Shown in pieces: positions 47,740 through 56,412 of a stretch of 57,610 nt of DNA. How positions within the stretch are numbered: the first letter of the stretch is position 1; each line of letters starts with the position of its first letter. The translations under genes and the position numbers were made by a program. Origin of the DNA: a virus (taxonomy: Duplodnaviria; Caudoviricetes); IMG/VR virus record IMGVR_UViG_3300047560_001024, positions 1 through 57,610 of that record. One strand, given 5' to 3'. A model generated the notes under the pieces. That model was not told the origin of the DNA. It saw only the letters and a list, made by a program, of their open reading frames with translations, and searched no databases.

Positions 47740-47742
47740 CTC

Positions 47743-47771
47743 TTGTGTTCCTAGTATAAATCTGTTATACT
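47743..47771 (+). promoter_or_regulatory. sigma70-type promoter, probably leaderless
   Basis: TTGTGT-17 nt-TATACT with extended TG; ATG 6 nt downstream. Confidence 0.65.
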
Positions 47772-47777
47772 AACTAA

Positions 47778-48284
47778 ATGCGTAATGATAACTATGGTCA
47801 ACAAGTGTTGACCGAAAACGACCTATGTGACTTCTATCTTAAGAACCCAGATAGAACGGTTAAACGTGCATTGGTTGAAACAGCATTAAACATACCTGCT
47901 ATATTAGATTTGGACAACAAGCCCCAATTCACTATCTACCAAAAACCCTCAGGGTCAGTTGAGAACTTTGATAAGAAAAATCAAAGTCTTTGGTTCATCC
48001 CAGCAGAATACGCAGATTTTGATATTGCCAAATATGTATTAGACTTATGTGAGTCTGAAGCAGAGTTACAGCGAGTGGGAGATGAATTACTCAAGTTCCA
48101 AGAGCGTGACTTGTTCATGCTACTACGCTATTTGAAGTATTTGGTAGACACAATGAGACAAAACAAAGTAGTCTGGGGTGTAGGTAGAGGGTCTAGCGTT
48201 TCTAGCTATGTATTGTATCTACTAGGGGTACACCGTATAAATAGTCTACACTATGACTTGTCTATAGACGAGTTTCTTAAATAA
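47778..48284 (+). CDS. mini DNA polymerase III alpha (DnaE)-like protein, N-terminal half
   Basis: RVGDEL...YLVD...VWGVGRGSSVSSYVLYLLGVHRINSLHYDLSIDEFLK matches DnaE GPGRGS...LGIT.IDP..Y.L.FERFLN. Confidence 0.85.
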   Translation: MRNDNYGQQVLTENDLCDFYLKNPDRTVKRALVETALNIPAILDLDNKPQFTIYQKPSGSVENFDKKNQSLWFIPAEYADFDIAKYVLDLCESEAELQRVGDELLKFQERDLFMLLRYLKYLVDTMRQNKVVWGVGRGSSVSSYVLYLLGVHRINSLHYDLSIDEFLK

Positions 48285-48294
48285 GGAGAAAATA

Positions 48295-48564
48295 ATGAGT
48301 GTATCACGTTCAGCAATGGGTAAATCAGTCGATATGTCGGCATTAGTTGCCCGTAATGAAAAAGTCCGAGCAGTCGGCAACATGAATGTCAACGCACGTG
48401 GAGATATCTTAGATAGCAATAACAAGATTATCCAAGACAACAACCAACGTGTTAAGAAAGCGTACAACCAAGCAGTACGCAATCAAGCACAGCCAGTACA
48501 AGCTGATGAATTGTCACCAGAAGAAAAGAAATTTTTCGATGATGACGAAGATGTACGTAAGTAA
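48295..48564 (+). CDS. hypothetical protein
   Basis: TAAGGAG SD; AVGNMNVNARGD. Confidence 0.8.
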   Translation: MSVSRSAMGKSVDMSALVARNEKVRAVGNMNVNARGDILDSNNKIIQDNNQRVKKAYNQAVRNQAQPVQADELSPEEKKFFDDDEDVRK

Positions 48565-48573
48565 CCATTTCTA

Positions 48574-48602
48574 TTGAAAACAGCATTAAAATACTTTATA
48601 AT
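48574..48602 (+). promoter_or_regulatory. sigma70-type promoter, probably leaderless
   Basis: TTGAAA-17 nt-TATAAT; ATG 6 nt downstream. Confidence 0.75.
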
Positions 48603-48608
48603 CATAGC

Positions 48609-48977
48609 ATGAAAGCATCATTCGAACCACACAAATTTAACAAAGAACAGTTCAAAGCTATTGGTGAACATATTATCGTATGCGACATGGCATTCGATGT
48701 GCGTATTACAAATGGTGGTATCATCTTACCAAATGATGATATGAAGTCAGCAGGTATTCGCCCAAGATGGGCTAAAATCTATGCACTGGGCCCTGACCAA
48801 AACGATCCACAACTAGAAGTAGGTAAATGGATTTGTATCAGTCACGGTCGTTGGACTCGAGGTGTGGACATTGAAGATGAAGAGGGTAAGAAAACTATTC
48901 GTAGAGTTGATCCAAATGATATTCTATTGATTAGTGACGAACCCGTTAACGACTTAACTATGAGTGATAAGGTATAA
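48609..48977 (+). CDS. GroES-like co-chaperonin
   Basis: AIGEHIIV, mobile loop TNGGIILP, IYALGP, LEVG, NDIL. Confidence 0.8.
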   Translation: MKASFEPHKFNKEQFKAIGEHIIVCDMAFDVRITNGGIILPNDDMKSAGIRPRWAKIYALGPDQNDPQLEVGKWICISHGRWTRGVDIEDEEGKKTIRRVDPNDILLISDEPVNDLTMSDKV

Positions 48978-48978
48978 T

Positions 48979-49341
48979 ATGAAATGGTTTTTTAGATGGT
49001 TATATAATGGTATCAAAGAGGTTGAGGCACAGGATCGTGATGACCGAGAAGAAGCAAGTTTCGCTACCCAAGCAGGCTTGGTTGCCCGTAGACCTAGAGG
49101 TTCGAATAGTATGAGAATCGGCTTAGCAAAAACTGCTACAGAAGACGGTCATTCTGTTAATTTAAATCAGTCCCCGTTAGTTTTTAGATTGTATCCAGCA
49201 ACAGGTGGACACATTGTAGAATATGCGTATTACGATGAGAAGACAGACCGAAATCAGCAAGCACTACACTTAATTGCAAGTGACCAAGACTTAGGTGACG
49301 CACTTAGTAAAATTATGACTTTGGAAGCATTGAAACGATGA
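48979..49341 (+). CDS. hypothetical protein
   Basis: ATG 1 nt after groES stop; ATGA overlap with next gene. Confidence 0.75.
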   Translation: MKWFFRWLYNGIKEVEAQDRDDREEASFATQAGLVARRPRGSNSMRIGLAKTATEDGHSVNLNQSPLVFRLYPATGGHIVEYAYYDEKTDRNQQALHLIASDQDLGDALSKIMTLEALKR

Positions 49342-50264
49342 AGAATAATCTCTGGGTAGAAAAGTATCGTCCAACGAGTATTAAAGACTATGTGTTTGTG
49401 GATGAGCGTCAGAAGCAACAAGTAGAAGGTTGGGTTAAAGAGGGTACTATCCCTCACTTGTTATTGAGCGGTGACCCTGGTACTGGTAAGACAACACTTG
49501 CTAAAGTTCTTATCAAAGAACTAGGTGTAGATGACTTTGACGTATTGGAAATCAATGCAAGTCGTGAAAACTCCGTTGAAAACGTTCGTACAAAGATTAA
49601 TGGTTTCGTTGAAACAATGCCCTTTGGTAAGTTCAAAGTCGTATTGCTAGACGAGGCTGACTATCTATCACGTGATGCACAGGCTGCATTGCGTAACGAT
49701 ATGGAAGCATACTCAGCAACTACACGATATATCTTAACTTGTAACTATGAACACAGAGTTATTCCAGCGTTAAGAGAAAGTCGTTGCCATAAGTTTCACA
49801 TTGCCAAACCAGATAAGAATGAGTTTACAGCACGTGCCGCAACAGTTTTAGTAACTGAGGGTGTTGAATTCGATTTGGATGTACTTGACAGTTATGTAGG
49901 CGTTAGCTACCCTGACTTGCGTAAGTGCTTGAATCAACTACAAGTAAATAGCAGTACAGGTAAGTTGTTGCCACCGACAACACAAACTTCAGGTGAGGAT
50001 GAATTGCTAGTAGAAGCTACTCAGCTTTTCAAGAAAGGTAAGATTACTGACGGTCGTCAGCAATTGTTACAATATCTAGCATTGTATCCAAGCCGCATCG
50101 AAGATGTATATCGTTGGATGTACAATAACATTGACTTGTGGGGCAATACACAAGAGAAGAAGGATGCAAGTATCATTATCATTCGTAATGGTCTAGCTAA
50201 CTTAAGCCTAGTTGGTATTCCTGAAATCAACTTGGCAGCTACATTAATTGAGTTAACAACATGA
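49338..50264 (+). CDS. clamp loader large subunit (gp44/RFC-like)
   Basis: WVEKYRP, GDPGTGKTT, INASRE, LLDEAD, SRC, DLRK. Confidence 0.95.
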   Translation: MKNNLWVEKYRPTSIKDYVFVDERQKQQVEGWVKEGTIPHLLLSGDPGTGKTTLAKVLIKELGVDDFDVLEINASRENSVENVRTKINGFVETMPFGKFKVVLLDEADYLSRDAQAALRNDMEAYSATTRYILTCNYEHRVIPALRESRCHKFHIAKPDKNEFTARAATVLVTEGVEFDLDVLDSYVGVSYPDLRKCLNQLQVNSSTGKLLPPTTQTSGEDELLVEATQLFKKGKITDGRQQLLQYLALYPSRIEDVYRWMYNNIDLWGNTQEKKDASIIIIRNGLANLSLVGIPEINLAATLIELTT

Positions 50265-50515
50265 GATATCTAATTATTACATACGTTCGTAAACCTGACG
50301 GAAAGATTGACGAACAAGTTCAAGTCGCAAAGAAAGTTAAGGACAGTGACATTCAAATGGCGAATGTTATTATGGACTTTAAGGAAAAGAAGTTGATGAA
50401 ATGCTTGGTCGAAAGCCAAGTTATTCAATCTGACTTTGACAAAATGCTTGCATACTATATTCAGGTCTATCCTGCTATTATAGAACGATTGACTAACGAA
50501 GCGAACGAAGAATAA
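50261..50515 (+). CDS. hypothetical protein
   Basis: ATGA overlap; 84 aa. Confidence 0.75.
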   Translation: MRYLIITYVRKPDGKIDEQVQVAKKVKDSDIQMANVIMDFKEKKLMKCLVESQVIQSDFDKMLAYYIQVYPAIIERLTNEANEE

Positions 50516-50538
50516 GAAAGGGGCTAAGGCCCCTTTCT
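50515..50538. terminator. bidirectional terminator-like hairpin
   Basis: AGAAAGGGGC-taag-GCCCCTTTCT between convergent genes. Confidence 0.8.
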
Positions 50539-50540
50539 CT

Positions 50541-51323
50541 TTAACCGTACAATCTAAGTACGTGCTCAATAATTTTGTGTCGTTGAACATCTTTCAGTTC
50601 AAAGTTACACATCTGCAACCCTGGAATCACCCCCTTCCCCAATCGATTTTGTAAGTCTAGCAGCCCATTGTCGGCTGTTTTTCTATCGGCTTGTTCAATG
50701 TCACCAGTAATTACAATCTTACTGCCGACTCCGATTCTAGTCATAATCATTTTGAGTTGACCAGGGGTTGCGTTTTGAGCTTCATCAAGTATAACGTAGC
50801 TGTGCTTAAAGTTCCGACCTCGACAAAATGCTAGGGGTGCAATTTCCACTATCTGTTCTTCTAGCATGTGGGCGATTTCACGGGCTGTGTAATACTCACG
50901 TAAAACGTCTAGCAAGGGTCTAGTCCAAGGTTCCATCTTTTGATTGATATCACCAGGCAAGAATCCATGCTTCTCATCTTCAACACCAACTGCAGGGCGT
51001 GTCAGAATAATACGGTCTACTTCACCTGCTTTCAATGATTTGATAGCGGCTTGCATAGCTAAGTAAGTTTTACCTGTACCCGCTGGACCACCAACAACAA
51101 CAATATCTACGTGTTCGTTAAGTAGTGCGAGAATGTATTTTTCCTGATTGACGGACTTGGGCACGAGTTGAATCGGCTTAGTATTCAGCTTGATTCGTGC
51201 TTGGTCGAAGTTGATTGTTTTAGATTCTTTCGTATAAAATGTCTGTGTATCTTGTTTCTTACTGTGTGCGTAGCGTGTGTCTTGTTCCTGATTGCGTAAT
51301 GCGCCTGTTTTGCGTTTGCTCAA
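50541..51323 (-). CDS. phoH: PhoH-family ATPase
   Basis: GPAGTGKT, LTRP, GFLPG, RGRNF, LDEAQN, TRIG, GDIEQAD; AAGGAG SD before TTG at 51323. Confidence 0.95.
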   Translation of the reverse strand: MSKRKTGALRNQEQDTRYAHSKKQDTQTFYTKESKTINFDQARIKLNTKPIQLVPKSVNQEKYILALLNEHVDIVVVGGPAGTGKTYLAMQAAIKSLKAGEVDRIILTRPAVGVEDEKHGFLPGDINQKMEPWTRPLLDVLREYYTAREIAHMLEEQIVEIAPLAFCRGRNFKHSYVILDEAQNATPGQLKMIMTRIGVGSKIVITGDIEQADRKTADNGLLDLQNRLGKGVIPGLQMCNFELKDVQRHKIIEHVLRLYG

Positions 51324-51367
51324 AATTATCTCCTTTGTCGAGCGTGAGTTCTCATAACACTCAAGTT

Positions 51368-51486
51368 TATTTAAGGTCAAACGAAATCTCTAATGTAGCG
51401 TACTTTTTTCACAAAGTTTTAGCATAAATATTAGGCTACCCCCGAACTTTTCTTTCTGCTCAAAGTCATTGCAATAATGATAAATA
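51368..51486. promoter_or_regulatory. cluster of divergent late promoters
   Basis: TAAATA on minus (51368-51373); CATAAATA 51423 and GATAAATA 51479 on plus. Confidence 0.6.
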
Positions 51487-51493
51487 CTAAACT

Positions 51494-52114
51494 ATGAGCA
51501 ATCCTTCAGACGACTTTTTCAACGATATCGACTATACAAGCATCATTAATACTATTAAGGGTGTCTACTTTAGTGACGGTATGATTAACAGCTTACTAGA
51601 CTTTGAACGAGTCCTAGACGAAGCTGACCTCTATGCATACAAACACTGGGACTTGGGTGAGTTAGTCCGTGGTCCTAACGTAGAGAAATATTCAGTTTCT
51701 TGTGTATTCATGTACCCAGAGAAACTTATGCCCGATCCAAGAGGTGGCAAGCGATTACTAAGACTGGGATGTACAATCAAGTTTAAGAAAACTACAATTG
51801 AAGTCCCTGTTAAAATTGACGCTCCGGACGACTTTAAACCCGGAACTAGATATCCTAAGATGGTTGAGCGTGAAGTGTGGCTAGTCTACATCGACATGCC
51901 TAAAGAACTAATGAACGATATCCGTGAAGGTTCAATTGACTTAGCAGACCAAACAATTGATTTGGGTGAACTAGACAATGCGTATGAAGATGATTTGGAT
52001 AAAGCAGGAACCGAAGAGGGAGAAGAAAATCAACCTCAACAAGACCAGGGTGTAGGAATGGCTCCTGCTATGGGAATGGGTGGTCCTCAAGCAGCTCCTG
52101 GGGGAATGATGTAA
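51494..52114 (+). CDS. hypothetical late protein
   Basis: LLDFERVLD..DLYAYKHW, MPDPRGG; acidic G/M-rich tail. Confidence 0.8.
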   Translation: MSNPSDDFFNDIDYTSIINTIKGVYFSDGMINSLLDFERVLDEADLYAYKHWDLGELVRGPNVEKYSVSCVFMYPEKLMPDPRGGKRLLRLGCTIKFKKTTIEVPVKIDAPDDFKPGTRYPKMVEREVWLVYIDMPKELMNDIREGSIDLADQTIDLGELDNAYEDDLDKAGTEEGEENQPQQDQGVGMAPAMGMGGPQAAPGGMM

Positions 52115-52653
52115 TGAACAAGATTCTGTTAGAGGGTATGGATCATTTAGACTTGCAGGGACAAATCGTCCCTAGAGTTTCAATCGATGAATATGAAGCA
52201 AAAATGGGAACTGATGATGAAATCGTCACGGTATCATTTGTTGTTAGGGGCAACCAAGCTAGTGAAGATTTAGTTGACTGGTTTGAGCGTGGCTACGACT
52301 GGGTTTTAGATGCTAAAACTAGTGACGGTGAACTAGTGTCTGGGCGTTATGTTGTATTCGTTGAACTTGACCGTAGAACAACAGTTCCTGATAGAATCAT
52401 TGAGTTAGTGGAAGATTTAGAAACATTGACTGGTCTTACAGTTGAAGACTGGGAGATGAAAATTGATGGGACTAACTATCCATTAGATGCTGGACGTATC
52501 AAAGATATGATTACACTAAGCCCGCATCAATATAGACAAGAAAAAGAGACAGACTTGAATGAGATGCGTAATCGTGCTGGGTTAGAACCACATAAGATTT
52601 TCAAGGAACAAGATAGTTTACTCAAAGACTTTTTATCAAAGGCAGGATTATAA
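52114..52653 (+). CDS. hypothetical late protein
   Basis: TAATG overlap; 179 aa. Confidence 0.8.
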   Translation: MNKILLEGMDHLDLQGQIVPRVSIDEYEAKMGTDDEIVTVSFVVRGNQASEDLVDWFERGYDWVLDAKTSDGELVSGRYVVFVELDRRTTVPDRIIELVEDLETLTGLTVEDWEMKIDGTNYPLDAGRIKDMITLSPHQYRQEKETDLNEMRNRAGLEPHKIFKEQDSLLKDFLSKAGL

Positions 52654-52654
52654 T

Positions 52655-53272
52655 ATGGCAACATTATTAGCAAAAAAAGCAGGGGGTGAAACTCCTATCG
52701 CAACAGATGACGACCACCACGAAGCATTAGCAAGTGATCCGGCAGTCTCTGCTTTCCCAGCAGGAAGCTCATTCGGAGGAGGATTCGGAAATGCAACAGC
52801 AAGCACAGCAGCACCTAGCGCACCTCAAGCAGGAGGATTCGGCGCAGCCGGCGGCTTTAGTTCTACAACTACAACATCGTCAACAACTAGCAGTTTCGGA
52901 GCAAGTCCGTCAGTTTCAGGAGCAGGATCAATGGCCCAACAACACAACCCAGCAGATACGCTAAAATCAGGTGGCGGCGCCATGTCAGAAGGTGGTGAAT
53001 CTACAGTAGCATTAGACAAAGACGCAACAGATTGGATTAACAAGAAGATGCGCCCAATGATGGGTTGGATTTATATGTTGACATGTACCGCTGACTTTGT
53101 TATCTTCCCGGTATTATGGTCATTGTTACAAGCATTAAGTCACGGACAAGTTACAAGTCAGTGGCAACCATTAACATTGCAAGGCGCTGGTCTTTACCAC
53201 ATTGCAATGGGTGCGGTTCTAGGTATCGCAGCATACGGCAGAACAAAAGAAAAGGTTGCCGGAGTCGCTTAA
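52655..53272 (+). CDS. holin-like membrane protein (GTA 3TM-holin-like C-terminus)
   Basis: WINKKMRPMMGWIY, two hydrophobic segments, LGIAAYGRTKEK. Confidence 0.65.
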   Translation: MATLLAKKAGGETPIATDDDHHEALASDPAVSAFPAGSSFGGGFGNATASTAAPSAPQAGGFGAAGGFSSTTTTSSTTSSFGASPSVSGAGSMAQQHNPADTLKSGGGAMSEGGESTVALDKDATDWINKKMRPMMGWIYMLTCTADFVIFPVLWSLLQALSHGQVTSQWQPLTLQGAGLYHIAMGAVLGIAAYGRTKEKVAGVA

Positions 53273-53278
53273 TAAATA

Positions 53279-53307
53279 TTGACTTAACGCACAAACTGCG
53301 TTATAAT
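53279..53307 (+). promoter_or_regulatory. near-consensus sigma70 promoter with inverted repeat
   Basis: TTGACT-17 nt-TATAAT; TAACGCA/TGCGTTA 53285-53303; ATG 7 nt downstream. Confidence 0.8.
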
Positions 53308-53314
53308 TAATATT

Positions 53315-54121
53315 ATGAGTGACCACTATCAAACTCTCGGGGTAGACAGAAATGCCTCCCCCGACGAAATCAAAAAAGCATACAGAAAAATGGCAGCGAT
53401 TCATCACCCAGACAAGGGTGGTGATACTGCCACATTCCAGAAGGTTCAAGAAGCCTACGACAATTTATCCAACCCAGAAAAGAAAGCACAATATGACAAT
53501 CCAAACCCATTCGGTCAACATGGCGGCAGTCCTTTCGGATTCCAATTCAGCCACGGAGGATCCGTTAACGACATTTTCGCCCAAATGTTCGGAGGTGGAA
53601 ACCACAACTTCTTCGGACATGGATTTCAGCGACAGAACGTATTCAGGACTATTGTATGGGTTACGCTGGAACAGGTTTGTTCTGGTGGAGAACAGTTACT
53701 CTCAATACAGTTACCATCTGGAAAAGTTGAAGCAATCAAAATCGATGTTCCAGTCGGTGTTGACAACGGCACACAACTCAAATACGAAAACATAATCCCA
53801 GACGCAGTATTAATTGCAGAGTTCAGAGTTCAACCTCACCCTAAGTATGAACGTAACGGACCTGACTTGATTAGTACTGTAGAAATTTCAGTCTTAGACT
53901 TGATTGTGGGAACTACCATTAAATTCACTACAATTAAGGGCAAAGACCTTGAAGTAAATGTACCCGAAAGAACACAACCGGGTACTATGTTGAAGGTTAA
54001 GGGAGAGGGCATACCGTATCATCAAGGTGCGGGTGACCAATATCTCTTGCTTAAACCATTCATTCCTGCTAACATTGATTCATCTGTGGTAAACAGCATT
54101 CGTCAATCTCAAACAAATTAA
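53315..54121 (+). CDS. dnaJ: DnaJ-class (class B, no zinc finger) co-chaperone
   Basis: J domain with HPD, G/F region, C-terminal substrate-binding domains. Confidence 0.92.
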   Translation: MSDHYQTLGVDRNASPDEIKKAYRKMAAIHHPDKGGDTATFQKVQEAYDNLSNPEKKAQYDNPNPFGQHGGSPFGFQFSHGGSVNDIFAQMFGGGNHNFFGHGFQRQNVFRTIVWVTLEQVCSGGEQLLSIQLPSGKVEAIKIDVPVGVDNGTQLKYENIIPDAVLIAEFRVQPHPKYERNGPDLISTVEISVLDLIVGTTIKFTTIKGKDLEVNVPERTQPGTMLKVKGEGIPYHQGAGDQYLLLKPFIPANIDSSVVNSIRQSQTN

Positions 54122-54132
54122 AGGAACAGTTA

Positions 54133-56412
54133 GTGACTAATTCACCAGAAATCGAATCCATCATTGAATCATCAGTTGGATTCGCAAAAGAGCGCAACCA
54201 CGAATATTGCACCATTGAACACTTGTTACTCGCATTGGTAACATTCACCCCATTCAAGAAATGTCTAGACCAATTTGGTACTGACACAGACTTGATGATT
54301 AAAGAAATCACATCATACATTGACAACTTACACGCTATCAAAGTAGATGTAAGTCAGGGACAAGATGTACAGCCTCGTAAAACACATAGCCTAGAGCGTG
54401 TGATGAATCGTGCAGTGACACAAGTATTGTTCACAGGTCGTAAGAACGTAACTAGCATTGATTTGTTCCTAAGTATTTTGAACGAATCTAACAGTCACGC
54501 CCATTACTTCTTGTTGAAGTATGGTGTAGAAAAGAATCAATTTGTTCCTTTCTGGCAAAAGAACTATAAGAACAATGACAGTGCTTTCGCATTGACAGAA
54601 TCACAAGCAAATGAAATCCTAGAAGAATACACTATCAACTTAAGCGAACTAGCATTGACTGGTAAACTTGAGCCAATGATTGGTCGTACAACAGAAGTTA
54701 ACGAGATTGTTAACGTACTTGCTAAACGATTCAAAAGCAACGTGTTGATGGTGGGTGACCCGGGCGTAGGTAAAACTGCTATTGCTGAAGGTCTAGCACA
54801 ACAGATTGTAGATGGTAATGTTCCTGAGTTCTTAAAGGGTCATACCTTGTACAGTCTTGAAATCGGCTCATTACTTGCAGGATCTAAGTATCGCGGTGAC
54901 TTTGAAGAAAAGATTAAAGCAGTTATCGAAGCATTGAGTGCCAAAAAGAAAGCTATTTTGTTCATTGATGAAGCACACACTATGAAGGGTGCCGGTGGCA
55001 ATAGCTCAAATGGTTCTGTTGACTTTGCTAACATGATTAAGCCCGCTATCACTAAGGGTACATTGAAAGTTATCGCTAGTACAACTTGGGAAGAATACTA
55101 CGAAAGTTTCGAGAAAGACCGTGCATTGATGCGCCGTTTCTATCGTGTATCAGTTGACGAACCAAATCGTGAATCAACTATTCGCATTCTCGGTGGCTTG
55201 AGCAAGCGATTGAATGACTTCCACAACGTAGAAATTGAAGACGAAGCTATTGTTGCGGCAGTTGATAGTGCAACTCGTTACATGCATGACCGTAAGAACC
55301 CAGACAAATCAATTGACTTGATTGATGCGGCAGCGGCTAAGCAAAAGGTCTTGGGCAACGATGGGGCTAAGATTACAAAAGAATTGATTTATGAACAAGT
55401 TGAACGCATGGCAAAGGTTCCTGCTGACAAGTTGAGTAATGATTCAAATGCACGTGTATTGACATTGGCTGACAATGTTAAGCATAAGTTGTATGGACAA
55501 GAGAAAACGGTTGATGAAGTATTGGATCGTTTGTATGTCTCATTCGCTGGTATCAGTCCAGAAACAAAGCCAATGGCAAGTTTCTTGTTCTTGGGCCCAA
55601 CTGGTACAGGTAAGACAGAACTAGCACGACTACTATCTAAGAACCTTGACATGCCGTTACTCAAGTACGATATGTCAGAATACTCAGAAAAGTTCAACGT
55701 GTCAGCATTGCTTGGTGCCCCTCCCGGTTACGTAGGCTTCGGTGAAGGTAACTTGGGCGGCGGACGACTTATCAATGACTTGAGCAAGAATCCTCATGCT
55801 ATATTGTTGTTTGACGAAGTTGAAAAGGCTCATCCTGATATCTTTAACGTGTTCTTGCAATTGCTTGACGAGGGCAGAGTTACAGGTACGAACGGTAAAG
55901 AAGTCAATGCTAAGAACTGTATCATTATTATGACCAGTAACTTAGGCTCAGCAGACAGCGAGAAGTCAGTCATTGGCTTTGGTTCTACTGAACGTCAAGG
56001 TGAAGATGACAAAGCATTGAAAGAGTTCTTTAAACCAGAGTTCCGCAATCGTATTGACTTGATTTGTAAGTTTGATAAACTTGACACATTGGCTATTAAG
56101 AAGATTGTGGTTAAGTTTACTGAGGACTTGCGTAAGACGTTGAACGACACATATCAAATTCAATTGAACTTGAGTGAGCCAGTCATTGAATATCTAGCTG
56201 AGAAGGGCTATGACAAGAAGATGGGTGCTCGTCCATTAAGTCGCAAGATTGACGAATTGATTCGGGTGCCTCTATCTAAGAAAATCTTGTTTGAACGCAT
56301 CAAAAATAGTACAATCAATGCTGTGTTGAACGGTGAAGATATTGAGTTTGAAGTCACACAAAAACTAGTAGCGAAAGTAGGAGAAGATGGGGTTATTGAA
56401 GTCAGTCAATGA
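54133..56412 (+). CDS. clpA: ClpA-like AAA+ unfoldase
   Basis: Clp N domain IEHLLLAL; GDPGVGKT and GPTGTGKT; GSKYRG and PPGYVG pore loops; IGF loop; no long middle domain. Confidence 0.9.
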   Translation: MTNSPEIESIIESSVGFAKERNHEYCTIEHLLLALVTFTPFKKCLDQFGTDTDLMIKEITSYIDNLHAIKVDVSQGQDVQPRKTHSLERVMNRAVTQVLFTGRKNVTSIDLFLSILNESNSHAHYFLLKYGVEKNQFVPFWQKNYKNNDSAFALTESQANEILEEYTINLSELALTGKLEPMIGRTTEVNEIVNVLAKRFKSNVLMVGDPGVGKTAIAEGLAQQIVDGNVPEFLKGHTLYSLEIGSLLAGSKYRGDFEEKIKAVIEALSAKKKAILFIDEAHTMKGAGGNSSNGSVDFANMIKPAITKGTLKVIASTTWEEYYESFEKDRALMRRFYRVSVDEPNRESTIRILGGLSKRLNDFHNVEIEDEAIVAAVDSATRYMHDRKNPDKSIDLIDAAAAKQKVLGNDGAKITKELIYEQVERMAKVPADKLSNDSNARVLTLADNVKHKLYGQEKTVDEVLDRLYVSFAGISPETKPMASFLFLGPTGTGKTELARLLSKNLDMPLLKYDMSEYSEKFNVSALLGAPPGYVGFGEGNLGGGRLINDLSKNPHAILLFDEVEKAHPDIFNVFLQLLDEGRVTGTNGKEVNAKNCIIIMTSNLGSADSEKSVIGFGSTERQGEDDKALKEFFKPEFRNRIDLICKFDKLDTLAIKKIVVKFTEDLRKTLNDTYQIQLNLSEPVIEYLAEKGYDKKMGARPLSRKIDELIRVPLSKKILFERIKNSTINAVLNGEDIEFEVTQKLVAKVGEDGVIEVSQ

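Noticed and set aside
47778-48284. Split-intein trans-splicing of the DnaE halves
   Set aside because: Neither half carries intein N- or C-terminal blocks; ORF 222 lacks splicing residues and is not fused to either
51324-51380. PhoH N-terminal extension
   Set aside because: AAGGAG precedes TTG at 51323 and a TAAATA box lies within the extension
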